Notes: generated from the sequence alone by a model not told the origin. Shown: positions 13,811 to 51,985, counted from the stretch's first letter. The stretch is DNA of 64,000 nt from Chrysomallon squamiferum (GCA_012295275.1 CM022671.1:29760001-29824000); one strand, 5' to 3'. Made by a program: numbers and translations.

Positions 13811-17272
<3,462 letters not shown>

Positions 17273-19264
17273 ACATTTCATATGACCTGGACCTTTGTTT
17301 TATTTAGAGTGACTTGAATAAACCATCGTACAAAGATAGTGCTTTTGGCTGTCCTCAGGAGGAAAACAAAACAAGACGTTTGCTAATAATTATTTATTGA
17401 GGCAAACAAATTTAAGATTTTCATTTTTATCTTTTATAAAATTGAAATGGAAGTTTTGTGAATATTTGTAAAGATTTGTGTCATATGCTAAATAAAACAT
17501 ATATTACATGTTTCTTGATTATTATTATTACTACTACTACTATTACTACTACTACTACTACTATTATTATTATTATTATTGGTTCACTAAGATTAAGAAT
17601 CAGAAAAAACATTATCTTGTAAATTACATGAACAGTCAAAGATGGTTTTCAGTTCTTAATAGATGTTTTGTTTTGTGAATTGGAAGTTTTGAATAGATTG
17701 TGTAGGTATGTTACTTGTGAAACTAATTTAATTCAATGATTCAGAGGTGATTGTACCCAAAATGTTTGTTAAAATTTTAATAAATCTAAAGTGATATTTT
17801 GATATTTTTATTTGATGCTGTCTAGATCATTTTAGCTTTTAGCTTTATATAAATCTATGCTAATAGTAAAACAACGGTTGTGTGGCATTATCTGTAAAAC
17901 ACCAGTAGCATTCATGGATAATTTGTTTTTAATTTTTTTTTTTTCTTCTTTTTGTTTTGATGGTGGTGTTTTTTGTTTCTTTGTTGTTGCAGATTTTTAA
18001 ACAATTTAAAAAAAAAAAATTTTTATATGTATATAAATACAACAATAAATAAAATAAAAGTAAGTAAATAAAAACATATATAATTAAACGCATTTCACTT
18101 TAAAATTAAGATGTCCATTTTCTGAAATCCAGAATTAGTTAATTAATGTTTTAATCGAAGAAAAAGAAAAGAAAGAAGTAATCATTAAAACATTATTCAA
18201 TGCGGTACATAATGTACTCGGTTAAACTGCTTACTAGCGTAAGCACTGATATGATTCATTGGATTTAAAGCTTTGTTCAAATAGGATTCAATTTATTTAT
18301 CTAGATTATGCGGGTTTTTTTCATATTCTGCACCACTAATTTTTTACTTACTCGTGTTAAATCCGAAAGAAAATTATTATGGGTACTGTATATTATTACA
18401 AACACTGAACTAGAAATTCACCACTTATGAACAACAGAGTTACGTCATGTTATTATGACGTCATATATTATCAACTTTAACCTAACCAGTGACAACACTG
18501 TTAAGATTCTTGAGATTTATCGATAATAAAATCGATGCATTTAGTGGAATTACTTTTCTCAAACCCAAGTAAGGAATACTAATACGATATTTGGGGTTAT
18601 GTAGGGGAGAGAAAAAAGAAGGCAATGTTTGTGGTACTATTAAAGTCATCACCAACTGGTTAATGTTACGAAACGGATTATCTGAAAATAAGGTCACGGT
18701 TATTTTTTTGTATAGAACTTAGTACACAAGCTTGCATTTTAAAACGTAAGCGCTTATTAGTTATTACGATGGAAGGAACATTGTTCTTATAGCAGTGTCA
18801 CAAGTATTACGTCTTTAAAAACAAAAATTGCTCGCTAAAGTACCCGACTGTATGTGTATGTATAGATATATATAGCTGTATCATAAAATTAAGAAACTGA
18901 TTTTTGATATATTGAATATAAAGATAAATACTTAATGTTTTAACACATTTAAGGTTAATTAGCTGTGGTTTCGATACTTAATTATAAGTTGATTAAAAAG
19001 AACTTCCTTGATTAATCTATCAATGTATTATTCTTATGATATTTAAATTTAAAAAGATTTAAAATATATAAATAAATATTTTTAGAGAAAACGAAATATT
19101 GTGCAAGCAAACAAACTCATTTTTAAAAGGAAAATATAAAGTTAAAAAAAAAAAACCCGCCCCCCAAAAAACACCTGCATCCATTAAACCAACAGAGACA
19201 AAGAAAACAAAATAGCAAATAATAGTAACAACTAAAAATAACTAAATAAATAAACAAATAAAAG

Positions 19265-19312
<48 letters not shown>

Positions 19313-19334
19313 CAAAAACAACAACACCAACACC

Positions 19335-19369
<35 letters not shown>

Positions 19370-19797
19370 ATAAATAAAATTTTAAATACTGTTAAAACAC
19401 TGGAATCTAACTGTAAAATATTGAAACGAACCCAACAAAAATACATTAAATATATTTTATTAAAAACATTCTACAACAGTCTATACATATTTTCTTCTAA
19501 TTTCTGAAGAATTTAATATAATTCTGATTAATTTATAAAGTTTTTACCGGTACACTATTCTTATAGTTTGCAAAAGGATGCATGTTTTTGTTTTTTTTTT
19601 GTGTGTGTGTGTGCGTGCGTGCGTGCGTGTTTCAATGTTGTTTTTTAAATTTTATTTTATTATATGTTTTAACTAATTATTATATGTTTTAACTTGGAAG
19701 ATCATATAATATTAAACCATAATTTAAAAAATATTTTTCTGTACAAACAATAAATTATATAAGGTTATTCTTGTTTATATAAAGTTTTTCAATTGTT

Positions 19798-29794
<9,997 letters not shown>

Positions 29795-30101
29795 AGCAGA
29801 CGTTTTCTGAAAGAGGATAACATTTTCCAGTTTAAATGTTACACATTATTTTATTTTAAGCCAAAGTATATATACAAAATTATTATGAATTTTGTATTTG
29901 ACACCTTTATAATAACTTTTATGAAATAAGAGATCATGTTTAGAATGGCCTCTTTTCATTTGTTATCTGATTAATGAAATACGCCCGTTCTAAACATGAT
30001 CTCTTATTGTTACATTTTGTATGTTCTGTATATATATATATACACACACACACACACATATACATACATACATATACACACATACATACATACATACATA
30101 T

Positions 30102-30132
<31 letters not shown>

Positions 30133-31300
30133 CATACATACATACATATATATTATCAAGACGAGTTCACGAAACATAGATCACATACCTCATCCGCAGA
30201 AACAAATGCTGTGACTATGAAACCATTCGGTATCAATATACCCAGATCATCACATCAGGGCAGATCGAGTGAGTCAAAGAGAGGGGGTACATGTGTTGAC
30301 GTCATCTTTGTAGTACTAGTAGTTGTGGTGGTGTTGGTACAAGTTGTACTATTAGTACTAGTAATAATAACAATTTATAAATAAATAAACTCCATCCCAA
30401 AACAAACAAACAACAACAAAAAAAGTAAAAGACAAAAATATAAATAATAATAATAATAATAAAATATAACAATAAAAAAGAAAAACAAAATTATTTTAAA
30501 AATTATTTTAAAGATTATAAAATAAATAAAAAATAAATAAACAAATAAAACGACAAAAAAACAAAAGAAAAGAAAAGAAATATAACAAAAAAAAAAAAAA
30601 AAAAAAAAGAGAGAGAGATAGAGAGAGAGGGGGGTGGGTGGGTGGGTAGAAATACCCCTAAATCCGGTCCTGACAGAAGACTGACCAGATGAACACGACG
30701 TGGTGGTGTATGGACTCGCCTAAAGCGTTTGATTTTATCAAAAATTTAAGTGCGCTAATATTAAGAAGCAACATAAAATCAGGATGAAGAAGCCATTTAT
30801 ATAAATATGATTGTGAAAATAATCTTTATATCATCGCTTTAGGGATAATGCAACGGGTATTTCGTAACAGAATATTTTGATTTGCATATTAAAGTGGCAC
30901 CTTTATTGTATTTGTCAAAACAGAACGTTACGTGTATATAAACTGTATTTGGGGAATTACACACAAAATAATGTTTTCTTATAATCACTGATTCAAGTAC
31001 GAAAGCATGTACATTATAACTGATAAACAATATAATATAAACACGCCTATAACAATGTACCGATTCAAAATAATAATAATAATAAAGAGGGTAAATATCG
31101 GTAGTGTTAAACGAATACGAGTAATATTAATAAACCTTTTAAGTTGTTTTTCTCTAACGTCGTCATTCAGTTTTGTCTATAAATCGAGTAATATTTAAAC
31201 ATAAAAACTTCAAGGAAATAAATACTGATCAGATATCTGCATTTAAAAAAAAGAGAGAAAAAAAAAAAAAAAAAAAAGAGAAAGAAAAATTAATGTTGTT

Positions 31301-31348
<48 letters not shown>

Positions 31349-31354
31349 CTTCTT

Positions 31355-31385
<31 letters not shown>

Positions 31386-31749
31386 TTGGAAGTAATAGTA
31401 AAACCGTTCTGCACTTTTTTCACCGAGTACGTCCACCCATTTATTTCGTTTTTGTTCGTTTTTTCAAGGCCTTCGGCCCATTTTTTCCCGGGGTTCTACC
31501 CTACTGGGAACCGCCCAAATGGCCGATACCAGTTCCCCGCTGTCTAATTAATAATTTTGTTTATTTGTTTGTTTTTGACAATATGATGGCGAATCCTTGG
31601 AAAAAACTGAAGGATTGAGAAACAGAATGGTCTGATTACAAAGCTACAAGAAATTACTTTGGCCCATTTATATATATATAAATATATATTAGGGCTAGCA
31701 TAGTCACTATTAACTGTATCCATGGGGACAACAAAAAAAAGGAAAAAAA

Positions 31750-31815
<66 letters not shown>

Positions 31816-32159
31816 AATAAATAAATAATCTATATCTTGTATGTTATTACTCCATGCTGGTTCCAAGCCTTTCATATCTTATCTTGTTTATTTCTTTAGA
31901 AATTTATATAGGCTGCCAGATTTTTTGAAGTGACGAACATTTACGCGATAAAGTATCTCCACTGATTATTAATTCATTTGAAGAAGGCTATAGTGTTCGT
32001 TTCTGAGGAAGGAACTGTCTTCCGTAATAAACTGAATAAATCTTCTTGTAAGCCAGACTGAGATTAATGGATAAGGTTCACATTAATGCTAAATGATGTT
32101 TCACCACCAGTCCATTATGAGGTCTAAATCAAGAAGCACGATGATATTGTTATTTACAG

Positions 32160-32460
32160 ATCGGCGTGCTGTGGCTCAGTGACATTCACCAGCCTTGTGG
32201 TTTATTGGCGGTTACACGATCAGACCAACAACTCACTACTATTTCCCGTTCCAGGCAGTGTCTCTGGACTGTTTGTGAATAGTCTTGTTGTATGCTTTTT
32301 TATGCACAGGAACTGAACATTTAAAAAGGTTGTGAAAAGTAGACCAACAGAAGGTTTCCTCCTACATTTTCGAAAAATGTGTGATATATTATGACGTCAT
32401 TTAATTGTATATTAAAAGTGAATTGAATTCGTGTTTAAATAAATTATTTCCACCTTTCTC
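32160..32460 (+). mobile_element. Degenerate tRNA-derived SINE
   Basis: A-box-like head gctgtggctcagtg. Core ctatttcccgttccaggcagtg...aaaagtagaccaacagaaggtttcctc. Tail gtgtttaaataaattatttcc followed by a pyrimidine run. Related to the copies at 14935 and 62093. Confidence 0.6.
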
Positions 32461-32879
32461 TTTTCTTTTTTCTCTTCTTCATTTTCTTCTTCTTCTTCTT
32501 TAATTACGCAAAACTATTACCTAAGACTTATTCATCGCCATTTAAGCTACATTTTTAAAACAGTTCTCGACTTCGGACCATCTTCTTTGTTACGCTTTAA
32601 TGACGTCATCACAATAATTATTGTATTTCTAGCGTAGTCATAACAACCAAATGGAAACTAAAACGTCGCGGTTGAAATACAAGTATTCGGCATCACAGAC
32701 TGGAATGCTTTCACAGAGAAGGTAAATATTGTTCATAGAACCCTGCAGACTTGTTATTTTTTTGTGTGTTTGGTTAGAAATACATACAATTAGAATAATC
32801 GTATGGAAATAAAGATAACAGGTGCAACATAGAAAAAAATATCCTTGAGTTATGGAACGGAAAAATATCCCATTAAATA

Positions 32880-32922
<43 letters not shown>

Positions 32923-35508
32923 TCCGATACTGGCGGAGATAAATATTTTTCCCTTAATAAAATTATTTTCATTTGTAATATAATAGTAAAATCCATAATA
33001 AAGATTGCTCATCTTTTCTTAAATGATGGATTCTCTTCTGCAAATATTATAATGAATTAACGAATAAACTTGACAGAATTGTTAAAGTATTTAAAAGCAA
33101 GGAGATAAAGTTATTATTTGATAAAGGAATTTTGTTTGTTTGTTTTGTTTGTAGTTGTTGTTGTTGTTTTTAAATGATATTTGCTTCAAATAGATTTGTT
33201 CTTCATAATAATAATAATAATATTATCATCATACTGAATCATAATCAAAATCATTATCATCCATCATTATCGTCTTCATCATCTGCCAAAATCATTATCA
33301 TCAACATCATCATAATCATGATCTAAAATTACCATCGTATTTTACTTATTTATTTAAAGAAGATAGCAGTTACATAGAGGTGATGCAGTACTTTTAATGT
33401 TCATGTCAGCGCATATTGACCATCTTCTCAAAATCAGATACAGCCTAAGTATAACACAGAATTCCCCAGACCTCCAGTGATTGCTGCTATAGTACACTTA
33501 ACTTTATTAGATCTGGCATTGGAGCTATCTGGTTATCGTGTTTACAGTGCGGTATTCGTGTGAATTACCATTATATGTAATGGAATACAAGAAAAACCAC
33601 GAAAGCAAATTCTCTGTCTGATTTAGTGTAATTCCATTAGCGGTCAGGCAGACAGATCCACTCTGCATCAAGTTAACAAAAACATTTCAGAACAAAGGTT
33701 CCGTGACGTTGGTATAGTGAGGAAACTCTAAGTTCATATGACGTTCGTATGGATAGTAGTATCTTGGACTTTACGTTCAGGTTAAAACTGAAATGGAATG
33801 TATTATTCTTAGCAGATCTACTTTATAAAGTAGCTACGGCGGATATGTGGACACTCAGCTCGCTGTTTTTCTCTAATACTACTTTTTATTTTATTTTATA
33901 TATATATATTTTTTAAATAATAAAACTAATTTTATCTTGAAAGTCATTACCCATCCAGCTGTGAAGCCATTCGTTTTCTTCTTTTTTTCCCAGAAATTTT
34001 TGACGCATCTCTTTACATACACGCTCGTGTACATTCATCCATACGTTAATTTCTTTCGTCTGTTATTAACGTACTGACTTAATCTGTTTGTTAAAATATC
34101 TTTTAAATAACCTATACCAATAAATAAATGACAATCAAGCAAAAACTATACGTCAATCCTTCAATTTACATTGCTTCATTTAATATGTTTTTTGTTCACA
34201 CTCTTAAAAATGTTTAGTTTTTATATAACATCGAGTGAATTTCGATTAACGCTAAGTGAACATAATAAAATTAAAACATTAAACAACTGTTAAATTGTCT
34301 GTGAAGCGGTTGATGAAAATATTTGTTTACGCAGCTGTGGCTGGTTTGGATGACGTACTGAAGTATAAATATAAAAATTAAAGCTGGAACTGTGAGTTCA
34401 TATCTGGAAGCTGGAAAAAATTTTGGTATGATTTATATTATTTTTAATATTTGGTTAAGATGGTTTCAATTAACATGTATTTTATGAGGATTAATTAACA
34501 AAAACTACATTACTACTACTAATAATAATTTTTAAAAAAACGAATTCGGTTGTAAATGATATTTAGCTGTGCTAAATCCACATCACGTATGTCACAAATT
34601 AAATTAACTTTAACTCCTAAGTCGTTAGTTTTGAAAAATAATAATAGCTAGAACTCATAACTTTATAAGACAAACGTATTTTCCAATATTCGATCTCCAG
34701 TAGAAAAGGCCTTTACACAAATATTTACGGTATCTGTACAAAATAAGTAGCATCCTCTTTTTGACACGTTATTTGGGAACGACTTTTGTGCCATTACTGT
34801 CATAATATGTTTAACGATATGACATTTTTAGATTGGAGTAACGATATTAAGCACACCACAGAAATAAATATTTTAAAAACTGAATACAATTACGAAGCGA
34901 TCTTCGCTTTTTATATAATACCATAAAATATTCGCTGGCTTGTGTGTAAGTTACAAGAACGTCTGCACTGTGGACATTATTGACTTTATTTGGTTGTGAG
35001 GAATCTTGTTCATTAGAGAGAATCAGATTTCTCGATGGTCATTCAGAATGTAAATATATTAATATTGATAAACTTTTGGCGTTTTCACAGAACGCCATTT
35101 CAAACAGGAGGACTGCAACGTTAGTTAAACATACTAGATCATTCTCGAGTTTTCAGCGTGATTTGCATTGCTTGTAATGTTTTGTAAACTAACACAGTGT
35201 CGAAGGAACAGCGAAATTACGATTCGAATATAGAAACTATTATATTTTAAAGGATAATTAATCGAGCTAACTTTAAGGTTCACTTCGTTTGACGGACTAA
35301 AACTGAGAGGAAAATCAAATATTGTATTAAAATTCGTTTTATGGTTTGTTTTCTTTAACCATTTATACTTACACTCTTATTTTATTTTTTCTATTAAAGC
35401 TTTTTTTTTTTTTTCTTTTTTTTTTTCGCTTACTCGTTTGTTAAAGGATTAAGGCAATGTCCTTGTTTATAAGATTTTTCTTTTCTAGTTTTCAATATTA
35501 ATACGTGT

Positions 35509-35567
<59 letters not shown>

Positions 35568-35992
35568 CTCTCTCTCTCTCTCTCTCTCATGAGACGGAAT
35601 GACGTTTTTTTTTTATTACAAGCTGCTAACTGTTCATGTCGAAAGAAAAACGTGATAGAAGTATTATGTTTGGCTATACGCTAGTAAGAGGTTTTATAAC
35701 CTACTTGCACTAAAGCCATCTTTAAAAAAATGTGAAAAGAATATTGATGGTTTGCTGACACAGCAATATCAGTGAACGACCATTTAAAAGTTTCAGTCAT
35801 GCGTTTCAGATCAACGACATCAGGTTAACCTACCATTGAATAACAAGTACTTGAATTTGTATAACCACATTACATGTCAGACTGAGCGTTTAGCGACCCC
35901 TAGCGTATTTTAAAATTAGAATTTTTTATCATTATACCTAGAATGTAAATGTATATGTATGTCTATGTATGTGTATTTGTCTTGTGTCTCTC

Positions 35993-36046
<54 letters not shown>

Positions 36047-36810
36047 CGTATGTATATGAATATATATATGCACTTACATATGTGTGTGTGTATGTATGTA
36101 TGGAAATGTATGTGTGTTCATACATGTTTGTCAGGATGAGAACATGAATAAATAAATAAATTATAGGCGGGCACATTTAAATGGTAAAAAAGGTTTGCCA
36201 TACAGGAGATTACGAATGAATAAAATAAATTTGATGCCTTTTTTACCATTTATCTTAGTTTTTAAATAGCTTTGTTCAGAAATACCAGACTGTCTGTAAC
36301 ACTTTAATTCTTGATAAAAACAAACAAATAAATAAATAATAACTGAATATGTGAAAGAATCATTTATTATTAATTAATACATTTTTACCAAAAATTACAC
36401 ACTCCAATAATAATTAAAAAAAAGTAATACAAAAATGAAAATTATTTAAATTTAGAGAAATGCAAATTGAGATATAATACTTTAAAATTAAGGTTGACAA
36501 TGGTTAACAAAATGGTAAAAAAAAAAGGCAGTGGTCAGTTAAAAAATATATATATATATTGCATTCATAGAAAAACAATTGTTAACTGAAAACCCGCAAA
36601 CCAAAATTAATTATCAATATTGCAAACATATTTGAATGAGAATCAATTTAAAAAGTTAAAACAATAAAATAAAAATTAGTGTATAGGTGAATGACAATGA
36701 TAATAAAACAAATAAATAATAACTTAAAAAACAACAACATAAAAACAAAAACAAACATTGATAGTGAAATACAAAACTGAATTAAATTATTTAAAAAAGA
36801 AAAGAAAAAA

Positions 36811-36856
<46 letters not shown>

Positions 36857-39800
36857 TTTAATTACTCAGTCAGCCAAATTAACAATAATAATTAAAATGC
36901 AAGAATATTAGAAATGTCATGGATGAATGCACTGGCAAAATTATTTATTTATTTATTTATTTTTTATTTTTTTTTAAATAAAAAAAAAAATTAAAAAAAA
37001 TAAGAACAAATTTAAAAGTTCATGGTGACATTATGAATGTTTGACTTCTGAAAATGGATGATGAGCGATAAAGGTATTGAACAATGATCTGTCAATGTAT
37101 ATTTTATAAAATGTTTGATTAAATGTAACTGAATTATGGACAAATAATAACAATAATATTAATAATACAAAATAAATAACTATATAAAAAATAAATAAAT
37201 AATGTTAAGATTATTCACTATCACACAAAGTTAGGAAATAAGTAGCAATAGACTTCTGAAAACAGCTTTTGGTATTATTAACATAAATATACATGGCAAA
37301 CCTTTAGATATTTATATATATCCATTAAATGAGGCTTTAAATAAATATCTCTGGTAAATATGCATGTTTTATTTATTTGCTCAACAACATGGGTAAAATT
37401 TTCTTATTTTATTCTTACAAAGGTAAAATTTATTATGTATTTTTTATTTAAATAATTTTAAATGTAAAATAAATCTGTATTTTGGCAACAAAAAGATCAA
37501 ACTTTTTTCTTAACAGATTCTTTCATAGTTATTTATTTATCTGCATGTGCGTGTGTGTGTGAATGCATGTGTATGTGTGTATAGATATGTATTTATGTAT
37601 GTATAGACACACACACACACATCTACATGCATGTTAAAATTTCAGTAACGAATGAAAAAAAATAAAAGGTTTTGTAAAACTACAGCATATAACTGATATC
37701 CTAGAGAACGTGACTGGTATAATAAAACTATATCATGCAACTAGTATTTTAAACTGCAGTATGTAACAGATATACAAGTACATTATTGTTATTATATGTT
37801 TGTAGCAGAGAATACATATTTTTAAACAAAGTGTATCCCATATGTGTATTATACAAATAGTCAATGTTAAAATGTGAAGTATATTTCTGAAATACTAAAT
37901 CTTAAATATATAGCTTGTATATACTGAAACCGCAAACTACATATCTAGTATATATAGTAATATACAGTATATAATTAATTGGTTAAAACTTTTACTATGT
38001 AAGATATAGTATCTAATTAATGTATTAAAACATAATTAATCTGTCAAATTTGTATATTGTAATCTGTAATACATATGTAATCTGTTAAAAAAAATGTACT
38101 TTATAACTTGTATAATATAATGTATAATTAAAGCTTATAGTACCTAATATAATATAAGTCTTAGTTAATTTTTATTCTGTTAAAAACAAATATAAATTTC
38201 GAATAGACCTGAGAGATAAAATTATGATAATAATTGTCAGAACACATAAAATTCAGTCTGTAATAATAATAATAATAATAATAATAAGAATAATACAAAC
38301 AACAAAGAAAATAAACATATGATGTACTACAATATTAACAATATGAACAATATTAATCATCTACTAATTGTGTTTGGCAGACATATAACAGATGTTGCTA
38401 TGATATTTCTCAATCCTAACTAAAACTACTGCCAAACATCAACTGTGAACATGTTTTAAATATATTCACTGAGGTGTCAAAGGTAAAAACTGAAAAGTTT
38501 ACAGTATTAAAAACAATAAACAATATACATATTTTCTACCTGTTATATATTAATGCTATAAATTCATGACAATTTGTTTACATCAAGGTCAGTTAACTGA
38601 CACATATTAAAAATATGTACTGGTAATAACGAGCTATATAAATCTATATACATTGAGATATTACGATATTAATATATATTACACAGTGGATTCTGTATAA
38701 AATGAAATAAATATATATCAGTATCTTCCAGTACAGATGTACTGTTTTCATTTCTTTTTTTTCTTTTTTTTTTGAACTAAAAATGTAAGTGATGTATGGA
38801 AAGAAATGCCTAATGATAACTGCTTCAAATAATAATTCAATAAACAGAAAATATTTTAGACTTGGAATCTGGTTTGTCAATTACTCAGTAAATCCTTCTC
38901 TTTAAATATGAAAAACAAACAAACTAAAAAAAATATCTAATGCTTCAGAGAGCCAAAAAATATATATATTTTTTTCTTTCATAGATCATTGATTATTATA
39001 GGACATGACACATTATATGAACAAATATTACCATATAGATTTCCCAAGAAGACAATAATTTAACATAAACTAATTTTTATCATTTTAAAGCTGCCATCTT
39101 GATCTAATCTACTAAATCTTATTTTTACTTTAAAAAACACATCTGAAAACATGTTAAGCAGTATTATTAGTTGAATTTGTTACATTTTTAAAACCAATTA
39201 GCACTTCAGCATGCCTGTTAATCTGGACAGATTCATAGCAGTGGAATTAACTACTTAAAAGTTCTATTTCTGAGTAAGTGCTTAAAAAAGAAATTATACT
39301 TCTGAAAATTTCATGATCAGCATTTCATAACCAAATGTGTGTATTATTAAAAGTTGCATTAACAAAATTTACATACTTTATTATTAAAAGCACCATTTTA
39401 ACAAAATTTATAAAATTTATTAATGAAAAATGCCACAAACATACATCATTGGACGAGATTTGTACCAGTGTAATTTCAAATTTATCATTATCCATAAAAG
39501 CCATCTTATGAAGAACCTAATTCTTAATGATTATAAAAACTCACTTTTATCAAGCAGTGCTAATTAAAATGTAAATGATATTAGACACCAGGGAAGATAA
39601 TTATTATTCATTGCCTCTTATTAGCTGGTCAGATTTGTTCTGATGGAATTTCACACACCTTCCATTAATGCACTTTGGGAAGTACTGCTGTTAATTTATT
39701 TGCATTAAAAAATCTCTGTGTTATTCATTAAATCTTGTTGATGCATAGGGCATTTTGAATTTTCCTTGCAATTAATAAAACAGACAGTCAAGATGCCAGT

Positions 39801-40295
39801 TTTGGAGGAAAAAAAGAGATAATGATGATGGCAAACAGCATAAGCTAAGGGAAAAAAATAAATTAAATGACGTTGGTTGACATTACAGTCTGAGTAAAAA
39901 AAAGAAGGTAATAATGATGAAGGCTAACTGTGTAAGTTAAGAAGAAAAAAAAAGATAATGATGTTGGTTGACATTATGAGCTGAGAAAAAAAAGATAATA
40001 AAATCTTTGTGCAAGTGGTAACAAGTCTGAAGTCCACAGATTTGAAATTTCTTGTTTCTGTTGTTACAATACAGAAGATAAGCCTCAGTGATGTCATAAT
40101 TTTTTATTATTATGTTTTTTAATGAATTTGTCACATCTCAACAGAGAGCATAATTTTTGTTTTCAATGTTTTATTGCAAGAACATATACCATTCTGGGTT
40201 GCATACATGATATGTGAATAACTTCCATGACAGAAAATCAATCAAGTCTAGTAATTGTGCATTAAGCAACCTATTTAAGGAAATTTATAAAACAT

Positions 40296-40830
40296 GGAGC
40301 TTTGGATGTCTATATTTAAAGGAGTTAAGGATATCTATATTTGAAGAGTTTATGATGCATTTATCTGAAGGAACCTAGAATGTCTGTATTATAAAGAATT
40401 GAGGATATCTATATTTGAAGAGTTTATGATGCATTTATCTGAAGGAACCTAGAATGTCTGTATTATAAAGAACTGAGGATGTCTATATTTGAAGAGTTTA
40501 TGATGCATTTATCTGAAGGAACCTAGAATGTCTGTATTATAAAGAACTGAGGATATCTATATTTGAAGAAGCCAAAAAGGTCTGTATTTGAAGGAGCTCA
40601 GGTTGTCCATACTTTAAGAAGTTAAGAATATCCATACCTGAAGGAGCTTAGAATATCATGAAGTGGTTAAGGGTGTCTGTACGTGAAGGAGTTAATAATA
40701 TCTACTTGGTAGCCTAAGATATCTATATATGATGGAGCTAAAAGTGATTTTTTTTTTTTTTAAGGAATATAAAATGTCAATATCTGAAGGAGCTTAGGAT
40801 GTTTGCATTCGATGGAGTTTATGATGTCTA
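40296..40830. repeat. About 25-bp minisatellite array containing a homogenised 74-bp higher-order unit
   Basis: Near-identical 74-bp units start at 40328, 40402, 40476 and 40550 (partial). They are flanked by diverged ggatatctatatttgaaggagctta-like monomers. Confidence 0.9.
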
Positions 40831-41573
40831 TTGTAAGACAAAACTAAATGCTTATCTGGTTAGAAAAGACAGAATTAGTGGTTTTACTTGATAATTAAAT
40901 CTCAGCAGAAGTCATATCAGAGTTTGATCCCAAAAATCTGGAACATGTGCATATAAATTCAAAATTTTAAATTTCCTATTGATGATTTAGTAACTGTACA
41001 TACATTAAATTCATAATGTCATTATTTAAAATATAATAATACAAAATATTAGCACTTTCATGTTTTAGACAAAATCCATTGTAGTTTTAGCCTAAGAAGG
41101 GATGGAGCATTGAGGGGGTGGCAGAGAGAACAACAAATAAAAAATAAAATAAAATAAAATAAAAAAAAGACTGAGGGAAGTTTAATGGTCCCTGTCATAA
41201 AACCATTTTCTAAAAAAAAATCTGGAAGCTCAGTTATTTAATATTTATCAAAGTTGGATATATAAATGCATGTAATTAATAATTAACAAGCAACAATTCT
41301 TAATTAAATCTCTTAAATAATTAACAAAATGTGGAAGAGCTTTATCTATTGTTTTGTGCACATCCCACCATGTATGAATATATCAGTAAAACAATACATG
41401 ATGGGAATAGTTATTGCCTGGTATTAAACTATATATAATCTTACACTAAGCATCTATAGAGTATACTTAAATATCAAACTACGTGACTAACCTTTGTGTT
41501 TTCTCCATCACACACCCCAACCCTCATTTCCTTAAGAATATTGAACTACAAAAAGAATTAAAATATTAATTTT

Positions 41574-50722
<9,149 letters not shown>

Positions 50723-51053
50723 GGTTCAGAATTAAAGAAAACTTGATGCTTAACAGTTTCAGTGTATTTGCGAGCTGGTCTCACACTGCTATCACATGCA
50801 CACCGCCTTACGTATTCCGTATTCCGCAATTGAATGCCTTGTAAACGACGTCGTGGAAATTTACCGTACTTAACAGAAATATCGTTCGATTGTCAAAATT
50901 TAGTCCTTCGACTTGTATTCGTTTTCTTGATTTACCCAGTAAATTACTGTTTACGAGCTAGTGAAGACTATAACAAAGTAGCGTAAAAGAAAGAAAGAAA
51001 GAAAGAAAGATATAATTATTATATAGCTAATCTTCGGGACGTCAATACATACA

Positions 51054-51056
<3 letters not shown>

Positions 51057-51132
<76 letters not shown>
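51057..51132. repeat. (CT)n microsatellite
   Basis: Pure CT run. Confidence 0.95.
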
Positions 51133-51136
<4 letters not shown>

Positions 51137-51985
51137 AGACAACCAACAGTTTGTGCGTCTGAATTGAAATTAATTCTTTCTTTGTTTCTGTCATTATTAT
51201 TATTATTATTATTATTTATTTTTTTTTATTATTTGATTACTTTAAAAAATATATTTATTTTTAATTTGATTATTATTATTATTATTTTTTTAATATCTAT
51301 TTCTGTCAACAGCGTTAGATATCGAGTATTCTTTATGGAGATAACACTATAATTGTAGGAATTAACACAGACATGCACGCATTCATGAATGCACATTTGA
51401 TTTGTTATACTGAATGTGGTGACCATATAATGATATAATAAAGACGTTTGATTTATCCTCAGACATTGCGTCACACTTGTAAACAGAAAAATAAGTTTAA
51501 AACAGTCTGACATTACAGAAGAACGCATGCGTAGCATTCCTCCCCCCACCGTTCAACAATAGCAACAAATTACTGAATAAACATAAATGAGAGGATGAGA
51601 AAAATTAATCGAGCGATTTTCAGTCAAGGAAATACTGATGTTTATAACAGACTATAATTATGGTATTTTCGATGTAAGAAACTGCAAGCACGCGGATAAA
51701 ATTTGAATAAATTATACTGGAATATTTTGCCGATTTTTAATTTATCCAGTTTGGATTATACATACCCCTGCTTCTTAAACTGTTATAGTGTCATTTGCCT
51801 TTGACTTTTTATTACCGATAAATTTTTTTTTATTTATTTATTTATTTGTTTTATTTTATTTAATTTTAATATTAATTTTAATTAATTAATTAATAATTAT
51901 TTTTTTTTTTTTGTATCTTAATTTTTATCTTACTTCACTTCTAGTTTTATTCACCACAGGATGAAGAAATAATAAGTTTCATGTG

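Noticed and set aside
30138-31590. Possible Helentron/HINE- or MITE-like elements with internal microsatellites
   Set aside because: Termini and target duplications could not be defined convincingly without a repeat library.
34980-35177. 65-aa ORF as a small secreted peptide gene
   Set aside because: No ATG, an in-frame stop just upstream, and the apparent intron would be only about 41 nt.
40328-40570. CRISPR-like regular repeat
   Set aside because: The units are contiguous with no unique spacers, and this is eukaryotic DNA with no cas genes.
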